Below, one piece after another: positions 12,085 to 23,628 of a stretch of DNA of 39,158 nucleotides (position 1 is its first letter; every line of letters starts with the position of its first letter). The notes below the pieces were generated by a model. It was not told the origin of the DNA. It saw nothing but the letters and a program-made list of their open reading frames with translations, and did no database searches. The stretch covers positions 1 through 39,158 of the forward strand of contig KZ538947.1 of assembly GCA_000934665.2 (NCBI GenBank). The letters run 5' to 3'. The stretch comes from Catajapyx aquilonaris (lineage: Eukaryota). The position numbers and the translations under genes were made by a program.

Positions 12085-14461
12085 TAGTAGCATTTTTTGG
12101 CTAAACAACTTATGCCACCTGAAAGTGCATCACGCCTGCTCGGCACCTCCCGGACGTGTCTTGGGCTAACACCGTCATGCGTTTCTGGGGGACTCATAAA
12201 CACGTTTAATTCGGCGATCCAAATGTGACGACTAATTCGAAATTCGGCGAGGTTAGGCTTGGTCAGGGTAAAGTGGATTAAAATAACTTCCGGTAAGTTG
12301 TTATACACTCATTAGCAGCAGGAGATGAGATATTGGCAGGTTAAAAAGGTTGGGCGTAATTATTTTGATTCGATAGTCTGCGCCAACCTCGGATTTGGCG
12401 CTGCCGTCTCTCCACGGTCACCTACTACCAAGTCGGATTCGGGCGGAAGCCTTCTGAATCAACCCAAACCATCCTTTCCATATAGTCCTTCCCTGCCTAG
12501 ATATAAATGGGGCAAAAATGCCTCGCCGTAATGATATGTGAGTAGTGGGGCGTTTGCCGCGTTTCCATATTAATTTAACTCACGAAAATGTTATTGCTAA
12601 GTTACTCTATCAAAAGTTTAATTTAATGGCGTGTGAGACGGAATTTTGGTTCAGGCTGAGAATAGTTGTTCATTTGAGCTGAGATTGGGCCATAATTAAA
12701 TTACGGCATTTCTTTTTCAGATGACAGTGCACTGCATTAGCCTGGACGGCGGAGCAGCCTTGCTGATGATCTGTGCCTGTAGTTTTTAGTAGTTTCTTCA
12801 CGCACACAATCATGAAAGTGTGTGCTAAGTAGTCGGATGTGGGTGTGTCGTGTGCGTTCTGACTGTAGGTTTATTTCTTCTTTGGATTAAATCAGTTCCA
12901 CACAAACGTTTACTTTCCTCTGTTGTGAAGTGGGATAAAGGGGATTGGGACTAGGCCTCTCTCTCTCTAATTGAAGGTCGAGGCGAAGGGGACGATGTTG
13001 GCGCAAATTATCGAGTCAAGTGAAGATATACCAGAATCTGACGCCTTTTAAAAAGGCCTAGGAAGAGTACAATGATATTGTTGCGAGAAGTCGTTTTTGA
13101 ACTTTCAGATTAGCTTTTCTCCGGGAGAAGGCCATCAGGATCACTGCTGACAATGAGACTTTTCTTACATGGTAAGGTAAAATAATGACGTTTATGGATA
13201 TGCGTGAGCTGATGGGAGGAATGGGAGGAGTGGTTTGCAAATAAAGGTTCAGACCTGAATATGTGGCACACGTAACAAATGAATTTATCGACAACGTTAC
13301 AATCTATTCCTCACAAGATTTATCACCAGACACTTAAACAATCAACCGCCACTTTCATTTACTTGGACAGCAGCATTTGCGATGACATCTATAGCTAAAC
13401 ACTATGGCGGTTGCTCATCAAAATCAGTCTGTCAACACCTGCAAACCGATACCAACAAACGTATACGCGATGATTCTCGGTAGCAACTGGTAGCAATATA
13501 ACCAGGGTGGGTGCCGGGTGGCTAGCATCTCGTTTCGGTTGCTAAACTCAGCGGTGGTATCCGCCCGACGACAGCCTGATGAATTTTCGCCCGATGCGAT
13601 ATTCAGAACGAATCATGACATTATTCAGATCGTCATACCTCTAGTCTACCTGCGGAGCTGATAAGAGTGATAACAGTACTTGCTTGAAAACCCGGGCTGC
13701 TATTTTTATTGCTGATCGATGTCGAACCTATAACTGAAATACAGTATAATGGCCATTCAGATGTAAACGAGCCACGGACCCACGGTCATATTAGTAATTA
13801 CACTAATTACTCATAATTATAGCAAATCCGAATTTGCTTGTCGCGACATCTCATACAGAATACGAAGGCTGTACCGGTGTGGTATTTCCATATATACCCT
13901 ACTGTGATGGCGATTCCTCCCGCTGTGTATACGGCCTACAGCATTGGAAGTGATGCTAAAATTTAGCCCGCGTGTCCTACGATTGTATCAGAGAACACTT
14001 GTCCCTAAACTTTCCGTGATGATCACATATGACAACTGAATACTCTTCCTGCAAGAACATCAATAAATCATGTTTTATGTTTTATACATTTGAGGAAAGT
14101 TTCATTCTTATCAGTATTATAAGGTAAACAATCAACGACAATGCAATACAGGTCTATCAATCTGGTCCCAAGTTAAGGAATCATCTGTCCAGTCTTCCGT
14201 ATAGAGACCAATATTGTAGTATTGGCTTGTTCTGATGCAATTCATCGATTATTCTTTATACGCTCTGATTCCTGTACGGGAGGAATCACTTTAATCAAGA
14301 GCACTCAGATGTTATGTACGTACCGTAATCAGAATGTGCCTCGTCAAAAAAATATTCATGAGTATATATGGATGGGTGGAGGTCTACTAGACACTGCAGT
14401 AAGAAAGTGTTGAGTTAAAGCTTGCTATGAACCTCTTTATTGCGTGTATTATCTTTGCGAA

Positions 14462-14745
14462 GGGGGGCTGGTAGTCTAGTGGCTATGCTACTGGCTAGCC
14501 AAGCGGGAGGTCTGGGGTTCAAATCCCTTCCCTGTATCCTCTGTTTGGTCGGGTATTTTTCCATTTTTCACCCGACATGTCCGGGCAGATTTGCACTCCC
14601 TTCTCTGCCCAGGGCCAAGAGAAAAGGTCTGGTGTTTATGAGGGTCTGCAATGACTAGAAACTTTAAGAGCGCTCTCCCTTCAGTCCCTTGGGAACCTCC
14701 CCTTTCCCACACGCCCATGGACCAGGGCGTCGCGACGAAACATAC
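14462..14745 (+). mobile_element. tRNA-derived SINE
   Basis: A box TAGTCTAGTGG (14472-14482) and B box GGTTCAAATCC (14516-14526). The body (CTCCCTTCTCT.CCCAGGGC.AAGAGAAAA...CCCTTGGGAACCTCCCC) recurs inverted at 28095-28215. Confidence 0.7.
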
Positions 14746-16819
14746 TGTATGTATAAATATTGCAAAGTTAAATGAAGGTCCATGTAATACCTCGAAAGAG
14801 GTCCGCACTACATAATTATGATCTTTGCGGTCGCTTAAGTCGTGACTCTGACCCAGACCAAGACTGAGGGTCACCTCTGGCGAAAGCAGTGTCCAGGATG
14901 ATGATGGAGAATAATCAATTGTCCAAAACCTCCCTGGCCCTTCTCCACGACAACCCAGTGCTGAGCACAGGCTTGAACCGACTCTCAACAATGGCCGTGG
15001 TGTAAAAGGTCATCGTGATGTCCACCCACGGCAACATGGCAGGAGTGGACCAAACCTCATTAGTGCTTCAGACGTATAGTGTGGCAGGGGCTGGTGCTTC
15101 ATAGTCCTCGGACTCCTCGCCTTCTCCAGGCTGCAAGAAAGCATCGAACTGATTTGAAAATTCGCGATGGCAAAGGTAGGTTACTTAAAAATTTATCGTG
15201 ATTACACCTTGTTCCACGTGACGGAGACACACCTTCCCAAAGTAGCAGTATGGGAAGAGTACTATCATTTGAGGTACAGGCTCGTCATCAGGCATCTTAG
15301 CAGTCAAAAGAAGACAGCCAACTGAAGTTCAACCCTGCTACTTTTGCGATCATGAAAACTACTCTGTGACCGAGGTGGTCAACGCGACCCGATTTGACCT
15401 GTTTCGAGATACGACCGAAGACTGCTGGGGCGGAAGGGCCATCGAGGTGTGCCACAGTTTGTTACATTTGATCGAAGCTCATCAGAAGCTTTTGCAACGA
15501 GGCAGAGGATACCACGGATGAGTCGAATCGCCAACCGTATCCTCGCTTTGCACATTGTCACATGTACTTCTGCAATCAAGGTTGCACTACACTCAACCGT
15601 AGTACCGTTGGTACCGTACCACACAGAGAAGACGGTTATGGTGACCAGATATAAGTCCTGGAAGTTCTGGGACTACCTGCACCTCGACCTGCACGCACCA
15701 TTTTCAGGACAAGTCTGGCTGGGACTGGCAAAGTCCGCGTCTGTCCGTTTGCCTGTCAGCTCTCGTGGTCTTCGTATTATCAGGACGGAGGTCATCGTGG
15801 AAGGTGCTGCCTCCTATATTCGGGCAAGGAATCGGCCTGACGCCTGACCTCTCTGAGCCCTCCAGCAAAGTCGCTATTCAAACTTGCTATTCAAACTGGT
15901 CATGGCCACTGCCTACACTTCCAAAGTAAGCTTATGACCCATCCACCTGTCAAAACAGTCAAGTCCTCCTGGACATACCTGCTGGACAACGGCTACGGAT
16001 GGGGCTTCCAGAACAGTCCGTACTTCAGTCACGCCTACACCACGGGTAACCCACTGATGTCCGTCATTGCTGAAAGGGGAGACGAATACGACGGTGACAA
16101 CCAGGAAGTTTCTTGCCAAGTGTGTCGGTAAGCTTCTTGCGCGGAAAGTACGCACGCCTTCTTCCGGCTTGTTCAAGACCTCGTGGGACCTCCACTGGGA
16201 CGTGGACATCATTTCTCACGAGGACCAAGCTTTACTCGATGGACACAGAATATCCGGCGCTGTACGTGGCCATGTCGACCAAAATGTACAGAACCGGTAC
16301 GTGGTTACGTACGAGACGCTGAACCGAGCTGTGCTTATGTATTCCTGAACTTTGAACTGTACTCCCACCTTCTAAGCACGATAGGCCTACCTGAACAACG
16401 GGATAAAATTTTTTGTCGTCCATGTACGGACAGGCTGTCCACCCTGTCGGTCCTAAAGCTGCGAAACTGAAGTACTTAACATCACCTTTCCTCCGTACAG
16501 TACCTGCTGATCACGGGATCTTGCTTATGTATATATCATATGTGTGTGTGTCTTGCATCACAAATTGTCGTGGACATATTGGACTGTTGCTGGACTACTG
16601 GTGGTGACAGGACTTAGCGATACGGTACGGCTTAACGATCATTCTACAACATGTTATAACGAAATATCCTGACCTACAGTATATGCAGACTCAGCTTACA
16701 TATAACCCCCACAATCATGTTTGACCTGGAGGTCAGCGAATCAATCATTTCATGATATTTCAGATAGTGTGTGTACAGTAAGTCTTGTGCACTGAACGTT
16801 GCCTGGTCTCTAGTCACAC

Positions 16820-18295
16820 ATGTCTGTGGTAAGAATAATTCCCGTTATTGTTGAATGTGGAGGAAATTTTTACACTGCGGTAATGTTTGGTCTTATGTTT
16901 TTTCTCCTGAAGACTCTGTGCTTGGTTCTGATTGTGGCTGGGTGTGAGGCTTCATCTCTGCGTACAGCAGCATCCAATGGTCGTCTGGAAGATGTTAAAG
17001 TGATTATTATTGAGCAAGAACATGGTCAAAGGACCGGTATGGGTAAGGAGGCAGCGATTTTTGCTGCTCGGAGTGGTCACTGGCATATAGTGCGCTGGAC
17101 ACTGGAGAATTATCCGGGCATCATCAAGGACTATTACACCAGCTTCTTGTTGCTAAGTTCAGCAGTGTCGTTAGGTCACTGGGATTCAATTAAAATGCTG
17201 ATCAACTCTGGAGGGTTACGCAGTTACTCGGATTCAACCCTGATCGACACTGCGACCAACAATGGTCACCTGGAAGTGGCCAAGTTCTTATCAAGTTTGC
17301 TTACAACCACTGTGACATGCAACCAGGAGAGAATGGTAGTGACAGGCTACTATGTCCATTTGCGTGACATAATAAAGCTGTGTCCGAACTTGACCCAACT
17401 GGTCATCTTCGCATGCGACACCGTGTTCATAGACACAGATTTGGCTCAAGCTGGCCTTAATCTGGCGATTGTTGCGCCAAGATGGCACGTTTTGGGACAC
17501 AGAAAACTAGTCCTGGATGGTGCGCCAGGACGCCATCAGACGAAGGGTACATCAGGGCAGAATCCAGGTACACCAGGCCACAACGGACAGGCTGGTCTGC
17601 CTGGAAGACCGGCCGGAAACATGCTGGGAATAGGAGTCGACTTTGTGGATAGCCAGCTGTTAACAATCACTGCCAATGGTGGTAGAGGTGGAAGAGGACA
17701 GGACGGAGGGGACGGAGCGAAAGGACAGGATGGTGTGACGGACCTGAACACTAAATGCATTGTTGATCCCGTACATCTTACGGGGGTAAGGAAAGAAGTG
17801 ATTGAGAGCAAGTGCTGGTTCCTGTGGGGTTGCACTGTCCAGTACGGATTTACCGGATCGGACGGACAAATCGGGGGGAATGGAGGGGACGGCGGGAGGG
17901 GCGGGAAAGGGGGTTATCCGGGACAGATCAACATTGTTGGCTTGGGGACAGAATATCCGGAGATCACCGTCCGGGCTGAGAGTGGAGCTGAAGGCGGCCC
18001 GGGTAGAGGCGGACTTGGAGGAATCGGCGGACTGAACGGGGACATGGTCGAGGGACGACTGACTGTCCGACTCTGGCTGTCCCCATGGAGGGACATGAGA
18101 TTCGGACAACGACATCCGAGGGGAAGAGCAAGGTCAGGTCGTCGCGGAAACCCCAGATACAACATGGAGGTGAAGCAGCCGGAAAAGCCTCTACCTCTAA
18201 TTACAGCAGAAGTAATTAACACGTATACAGGCCAACTGGTACAACATCTGGATGACACTACCTGGAAGACCTGTCCGAATTTTACACTTGTTTGA
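16820..18295 (+). CDS. Single-exon putative secreted protein with ~4 ankyrin repeats and a collagen/PGRS-like glycine-rich region
   Basis: Uninterrupted 491-aa ORF; the likely start is ATG 16883 (MFGLMFFLLKTLCLVLIVAGCEA, signal-peptide-like). Ankyrin motifs: LRTAASNGRLEDVK, AIFAARSGHWHIVRW, LSSAVSLGHWDSIKML, IDTATNNGHLEVAKFL. These are followed by a VFIDTDL...LAIVAPRW domain and four GXX-periodic tracts. AATAAA lies downstream. Confidence 0.85.
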   Translation: MSVVRIIPVIVECGGNFYTAVMFGLMFFLLKTLCLVLIVAGCEASSLRTAASNGRLEDVKVIIIEQEHGQRTGMGKEAAIFAARSGHWHIVRWTLENYPGIIKDYYTSFLLLSSAVSLGHWDSIKMLINSGGLRSYSDSTLIDTATNNGHLEVAKFLSSLLTTTVTCNQERMVVTGYYVHLRDIIKLCPNLTQLVIFACDTVFIDTDLAQAGLNLAIVAPRWHVLGHRKLVLDGAPGRHQTKGTSGQNPGTPGHNGQAGLPGRPAGNMLGIGVDFVDSQLLTITANGGRGGRGQDGGDGAKGQDGVTDLNTKCIVDPVHLTGVRKEVIESKCWFLWGCTVQYGFTGSDGQIGGNGGDGGRGGKGGYPGQINIVGLGTEYPEITVRAESGAEGGPGRGGLGGIGGLNGDMVEGRLTVRLWLSPWRDMRFGQRHPRGRARSGRRGNPRYNMEVKQPEKPLPLITAEVINTYTGQLVQHLDDTTWKTCPNFTLV

Positions 18296-18469
18296 CCAGG
18301 GATGAGCGAGTTTTAAACGGCTTAATCAGGACACCTATTGGGTCTGTGCCTCGGTTTGTTCGCTGTGAGTCATCAGTAATGTTCCGAGTGAGCCATTTAC
18401 GTGAGGGGCCTGTTAGGCTATACACTATACTACACCCATAGTTGGGGAGGCCATTTAAAATTCTAATTC

Positions 18470-18480
18470 AATAAAATAAA
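18470..18480 (+). promoter_or_regulatory. Candidate polyadenylation signal of the ankyrin/Gly-rich gene
   Basis: Overlapping AATAAAATAAA 175 nt after the stop codon. Confidence 0.45.
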
Positions 18481-18553
18481 ATTGAGAACTTTTTAATTAA
18501 TTACTAATGTAAAACTATGGTAGTAATATCATGACCATGAGTAAACTGCAAGT

Positions 18554-19225
18554 GAGGGGGTGAAAATCAAAAACCGACAGCTCCGTCATAAACGTAACGG
18601 AGAAAAACGAGAAAAACCTACAGTTTCGCCGTATGTCAACGTAGACACCTGAATGTAGCGGCTATAGATTCCTTTACTAGCAACTCAACCATTGGTAAGT
18701 TATTATGAAATCATCCGCCATTACCCAAGGAGCTGTGGACCGTCCATTCCGCCACTGGCCGGTTTTTGATTTGCAACAGGCTGGAGTTGGCGCTTTTTGA
18801 TGCAAAATTGAGTGAGGGAAACATGAAACACAGGTTTATCCGGTGTGTAAATGTTTAAGTTTATTCCACGCTTACATACCAACGTTCCATTGCATTACGC
18901 AAGGTGTTCTGTTAAAATTCTGTAAATTCTGTAAAATTCGCACCGTCGTTATCCATACGAGCTTCGCAGTATGTACTGTCTCCCATAGCTTTAGTTTCGT
19001 GATGGAGCTGGCGGTTTTTGATCTGTAATTTTCTGCGAGTGGGGATGGAGCTGGCGGTTTTTGTTACGGAGGTCACTTTTCACCCCTGCATTTGACGGCT
19101 TTGTTGTAGGATTTTAAATACCATATTAAGGTATTATGTACTCCATGGCATGAGGAATGCATTGCCGGCGCTAACTCATTTTTTTTGGATTTTTGGAGCT
19201 GTCGGTTTTTGATTTTCACCCCTTC
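18554..19225. mobile_element. Sola2-like non-autonomous DNA transposon (672 bp)
   Basis: 31-bp TIR GA(G/A)GGGGTGAAAATCAAAAACCGACAGCTCC with an exact 4-bp TSD AAGT (18550-18553, 19226-19229). Internal copies of GGAGCTGGCGGTTTTTG. GRG ends with a 4-bp TSD are Sola2 hallmarks. Confidence 0.75.
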
Positions 19226-19573
19226 AAGTATGAGTAGTACGAGAAATTTTGAAGACGAAAAGCAACAAGCAGCATTGGCAGCTTTACTGTTATAAGCAAC
19301 ATCAGTCATATTTGGTGACACTAGCTGTGACCGACATAGGCTACTCGTCACTGCTTCTCTTCAGCTTCTTTCAATCACTTACACTTGACTTTTACACCAC
19401 TTCCGATGAAAGTGCTACTTTCGAAGAGCTGGGAGCAATTTGTCCCCTTTTTTGCACATCCTTTCGTAGCTAATTTTTCCTGATCGCGGTAAATGCTCTT
19501 AAAATTCAAACTAAATGCCAGTATGCATATGTTGTAACACATAAATAATTATATGTAACATACAGTATATACA

Positions 19574-20235
19574 CACTGTAATACCGATTATCCGGGTGCG
19601 GATTATTCGTGCATCGCCAAAAATGAAATTAAAAAGAAAAGTCTAACGTCAGACAATGTCAATATGTCTCGCAAACTAAGAAATACCGTATAAGACTTTT
19701 TCTAGAAGATAAATTTAAAACATGTGTTAAGTTTCATTATTTTGATTAAACCTGAGTTAAAACAGCCTACACTATGACGAACAGTAGCACATTAAAAACC
19801 TGCGAATAGCTGAATTTTTTAGTGTTTATGACTATTTTTCCGATTATCCGGCAACAGCGTAACACCCTTGCAGTCATCCAAGTCATCCAAGGGGGGGGGG
19901 NNNNNNNNNNNNNNNNNNNNNNNNNNNNNNNNNNNNNNNNNNNNNNNNNNNNNNNNNNNNNNNNNNNNNNNNNNNNNNNNNNNNNNNNNNNNNNNNNNNN
20001 NNNNNNNNNNNNNNNNNNNNNNNNNNNNNNNNNNNNNNNNNNNNNNNNNNNNNNNNNNNNNNNNNNNNNNNNNNNNNNNNNNNNNNNNNNNNNNNNNNNN
20101 NNNNNNNNNNNNNNNNNNNNNNNNNNNNNNNNNNNNNNNNNNNNNNNNNNNNNNNNNNNNNNCCCCCCCCCCCCCAAATCGCGAAAGTCTGGATCCGCCC
20201 CTGAGTCATTAGCCCGGATAATCTGGAGTACAGTG
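19574..20235. mobile_element. pogo/Tigger-like MITE spanning the assembly gap, with a hAT-type end nested inside
   Basis: Imperfect TIR CACTGTA.T.C.GATTATCCGGG at both ends, followed by TA on the right. CTGGATCCGCCCCTG (hAT-type CAGGGGCGGATCCAG end) terminates at 20203. The gap is flanked by G and C runs. Confidence 0.5.
19901..20162. other. Assembly gap (262 N)
   Basis: Run of N flanked by poly-G and poly-C. Confidence 1.
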
Positions 20236-20958
20236 TATAATACCATATTAAAAGGGTAGCGTGATATTTGCCTGTCGATAAGTCATGAATTCCATCATTG
20301 AATATCATTGAATGCCCCAAGGCAATCGATGGGGGGGATGCTTTTATTACCGTATAATTTAAAATTGTTTATTTCATAGAATAACAAACGAAAAGTAGTT
20401 TTCCCAATTCCCGATCGCCATAGGTTCATTAAAAATATATACGATAAATCTGTAGTTAAAGGTGGGCATTAGCTCCTCTAATCAGCTAACAGCTAATATC
20501 TGAACCAACTTTTCATTAGCCGATTAGCTGTTTTCTCTACCTTTTCAGGCCACTAGCTGACTAATTAGCTCCCACTAAATTAGTGCCGCACTGCAGCTAA
20601 ATAAATTCAGCTAACAAAATTCATTCGTGTTCCTGTCTCGCTGTCTGTTCCTTTTTAAAGTTGCATTGTTTCCACTCCAGGCAGGGATTAAAATAGTCCA
20701 GTTTTACAGGGCTAGGTGCCGGATTGTAAACTCTCTGTCTACCTGGCCAAAACTTATTTTCCGATCACTTCGGTGCGCGGATTATATTATAGGCTAGCTA
20801 CCAGTTTTTTTAAATATAAATTTTGCCTTGCCTGTCTTGTAGCTTTCTTCAGAGACAAATAAACTTTTTTCCTCTGGATTTGTTTATTACTTTCTGTACG
20901 GAACAGTAGCCTAAATAACTAAATAAGGCGTATGTGTAGCAATTCCCTCTAGGCTTTA

Positions 20959-21330
20959 GGGGCCGTCCATAATCCTAGCGGACAAGTGCAGGGGGGAGGG
21001 GGGTTGCACTTTGTCCGCTTTTGTCCGTACAGGGGGGTGGGGGTAGAAGTCAGTTGTACGCGCGGACAATAAACGTCAAATGAATATTAAGGACTCGGCC
21101 GTTTTTTTACTCAGACCTCTCAAATATACCGTAATGCCTCTGAAAAAAGGAATTTTGTGTAGATATCAATAAATAAAAAATACAAATATATTGAAAATAA
21201 CACTTTCAGTGTGGCGAAGCGGGGGCAGGGGGGGGGGGGGGAAGGAGGCCATNTCCGCTTCTGTCCGCAAAGGGGAGGGGGGGAGGTAAAAAAGTGAAAA
21301 AATCTGTCCGCGCGGATTATGGACGGCCCC
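20959..21330. mobile_element. PIF/Harbinger (Tourist)-like MITE
   Basis: TTA|GGGGCCGTCCATAATCC..GCGGACA...TGTCCGCGCGGATTATGGACGGCCCC with G-rich subterminal tracts. The right flank is CAA, so the TSD is degenerate. Confidence 0.75.
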
Positions 21331-21519
21331 CAATGCCAAGTGCTGAATATCCAGTCCTCATGATTTTGAATAATTCAATCCTAATTAAACGTTACTTATG
21401 AGCAGGCAGTAATGGGGAGCACATTATTAAAAACTGACTGTCTCATCCTCTGGCCATGCTTTGTTTAAATTTGATGTGATTGTGTGATGCTCAGTACAAT
21501 GCAGTTAACACATTTGCAC

Positions 21520-21931
21520 ATTTTTTTCCAGAGGTCTTCCAATTCAGAGCTGACCTGAACGAGCACAACTTGTGCTTCCCCCTGATTGTGTCCAAATTCC
21601 CCAGCAACTTTGAGAGGTGTTATAGATGGGTCAATAAACGATCGCAACCGCTTTTGGACGTCCATTCGCGCAGGACACACCCCCTTCCCACAACGTTGCC
21701 AAGTTTCCGGCGGGAAATGCAATCGCGTCCATTTACACCCGTGGCCTCAGCTGTTCTTTCGGTAGCTCTGGCAACGTCGCAGAGGGGCTCACCTGCCTCT
21801 TTTTCTCTCTTGAAGTAAGTGTACACCCGATGGACGACTTCTCGTGTTTGGCTTCTCAACGTCCTCCTCTTCCGAGGGTCATCGCCTACTTCCTCAGGAG
21901 GGTCCAAGCCAACTTTGCGACACGCCGCCAT
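21520..21931 (-). pseudogene. Internally deleted Tc1/IS630-like transposase relic
   Basis: TLRSQTREVVHRVYTYFKREKEAGEPLCDVARATERTAEATGV resembles the N-terminus of an insect Tc1-like transposase group. It joins via a frameshift to PETWQRC..., which resembles the C-terminal helix. No DDE core is present. Confidence 0.55.
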
Positions 21932-22604
21932 GGTAAAGTGCAGATATCTGCCTCGAAATCATCCAAAAGCTCTACTTGGAGGCGGCCATACTTCCTGGAT
22001 CTTGGCCAGTGTTAGAAATAAGGGCCACGTGTTTTCAGTTCATATCCTGCCTAAGCACAAATCCCGCTTCATTCCAGGATTGCATCCACTGCGGCACGTG
22101 ATCTGCGCGATGGTTGCGATCGTATAACGACCCATCTATAGATCTGCTTTGGGAGGATCCAACATCGAGTCATCAATGAAGAGCTGCCTCGCAATGGTAT
22201 GGAAGGAGCATAACTGTCAATGATGGCAATTAACTCACTGGTTGCAAAAACAAGTGTAAGCACCCATCGCATTCTTTTCTGCTAAGTACAGTGCTGGACA
22301 AATTAGCTGTCGCTGAATGTTTTTTTTCCGTCGGCGACAGCGCTGCGTTGCCTGGCAACCCCGTCCGTCTGGCCAATTCAAACATCAGCATGTGGAGAGT
22401 GCTTCCATTGTTGCCACTGTTTACAAATCGAGTGAGTGACGCGGACGACCCAGCGACGGGTCTCTTCTGCCTGCTTACACAGTATCGGCAGGGATGCGCA
22501 GGAGAAAACGGAAAAATAATGATGTTAGAAGCAAACCACGTTGGAAAAATATTATCCCTGGACTCAAAGAAAGGTTTTCGTCCACAGCACACGAAATACA
22601 ATAT

Positions 22605-22895
22605 AATAATAATTCATAATTCATACCCCGTTATCAGCCTATCGGCTCTTTAGGGGGGAAGTTTTTGTTTTGGCTGGAACTCTTTGCTTTCATTTTACTA
22701 CGCTTTTTGGGATAGGATAGGGACGGAAGGAAGCGGCTGTGGCCTATTAATTACGGAAGCAACTCCGGAATTTTCCTGGAAGGACCGTGGGAAACCACAG
22801 AAAACCACGGTCAGAGTTGCCGGCACCGGGATTTGATCCCAGGACCTCCCGATTAGCAGTCGGACGCCTTATCCACTATGCCAACCTGCTTCGGT
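22605..22895 (-). mobile_element. tRNA-derived SINE with 15-bp TSD
   Basis: TSD CACGAAATACAATAT at 22590-22604 and 22896-22910. A box TGGCATAGTGG, B-box-like GGATCAAATCC and an (ATT)n tail. The opposite arm of the host palindrome shows the empty site. Confidence 0.9.
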
Positions 22896-23628
22896 CACGA
22901 AATACAATATTCCACCCCTGAGGAGGGGTTGTCAATGATTAAGATCAGGGGAGTGCTAATTGAAAGTGCTTCAACTGACGTACGGATTCTTTCGGTTTTT
23001 GTGTCTTTTCCGCGTACTTTGACACCTCTAAGACGAATGGAGACCATGCCCCATATGTCACACCACGCCCGTCTCGTAATTTGTCCCCAAAGACGTCATA
23101 TCTCAAAATGGCTTCCGCTGTTCCGCATATACGAGTACGTGTCGTTCGCATCATATTCGCACCAGGAAGAGTACACGACTAACATGACACGTACAGGGGT
23201 TGGACACAATAATATGAACACCTGCAACAAGCATTAGTCGTGTATCTCTTCCTGGCGCGAATATGACGCGAACGACATGTACTCGTATATGCGGAACAGC
23301 GGAAGCCATTTTGAGATATGACGTCTTTGGGGACAAATTACGAGACTGACGTGGTGTCTGACATACGGGGCATGGTCTCCATTCGTCTTAGAGGTGTCGA
23401 AGTACGCGGAAAAGACACAAAAACCGAAAGAACCCGTACGTCAGTTGACACACTTTGAATTAGCACACCCCTGATCTTAATCATTGACACCCCCTCCTCA
23501 GGGGTGGAATATTGTATTTCGTGTGCTGTGGACAAAAACTTTCTTTGAGTCCATGGATAATTTTCCCAACGTGGTTTGCTTCTAACATAATTATTTTCCC
23601 GTTTTTCCCTGCTTATCCCTGCAGATAC

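Noticed and set aside
12343..13058. Possible TIR pair TTGA.TCGATA.T.TGCGCCAAC.TC at ~12365 and ~12994-13019
   Set aside because: Short and diverged with no TSD; too weak to call an element.
13065..13337. Protein-looking frame (FLREKAIRITADNETFLTW...)
   Set aside because: Three internal stops in about 90 codons is close to random expectation, and no motif was recognised.
17291..18258. Antisense and alternative-frame ORFs over the ankyrin/Gly-rich gene
   Set aside because: Shadow ORFs produced by GGN-rich codons; Pro/Ser-rich with no independent evidence.
19767..20320. ORFs spanning the N gap
   Set aside because: Artefacts of translating N as X.
20455..20620. hAT-like end followed by TAGCT-rich repeats
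   Set aside because: Only one degenerate end; no partner TIR or TSD.
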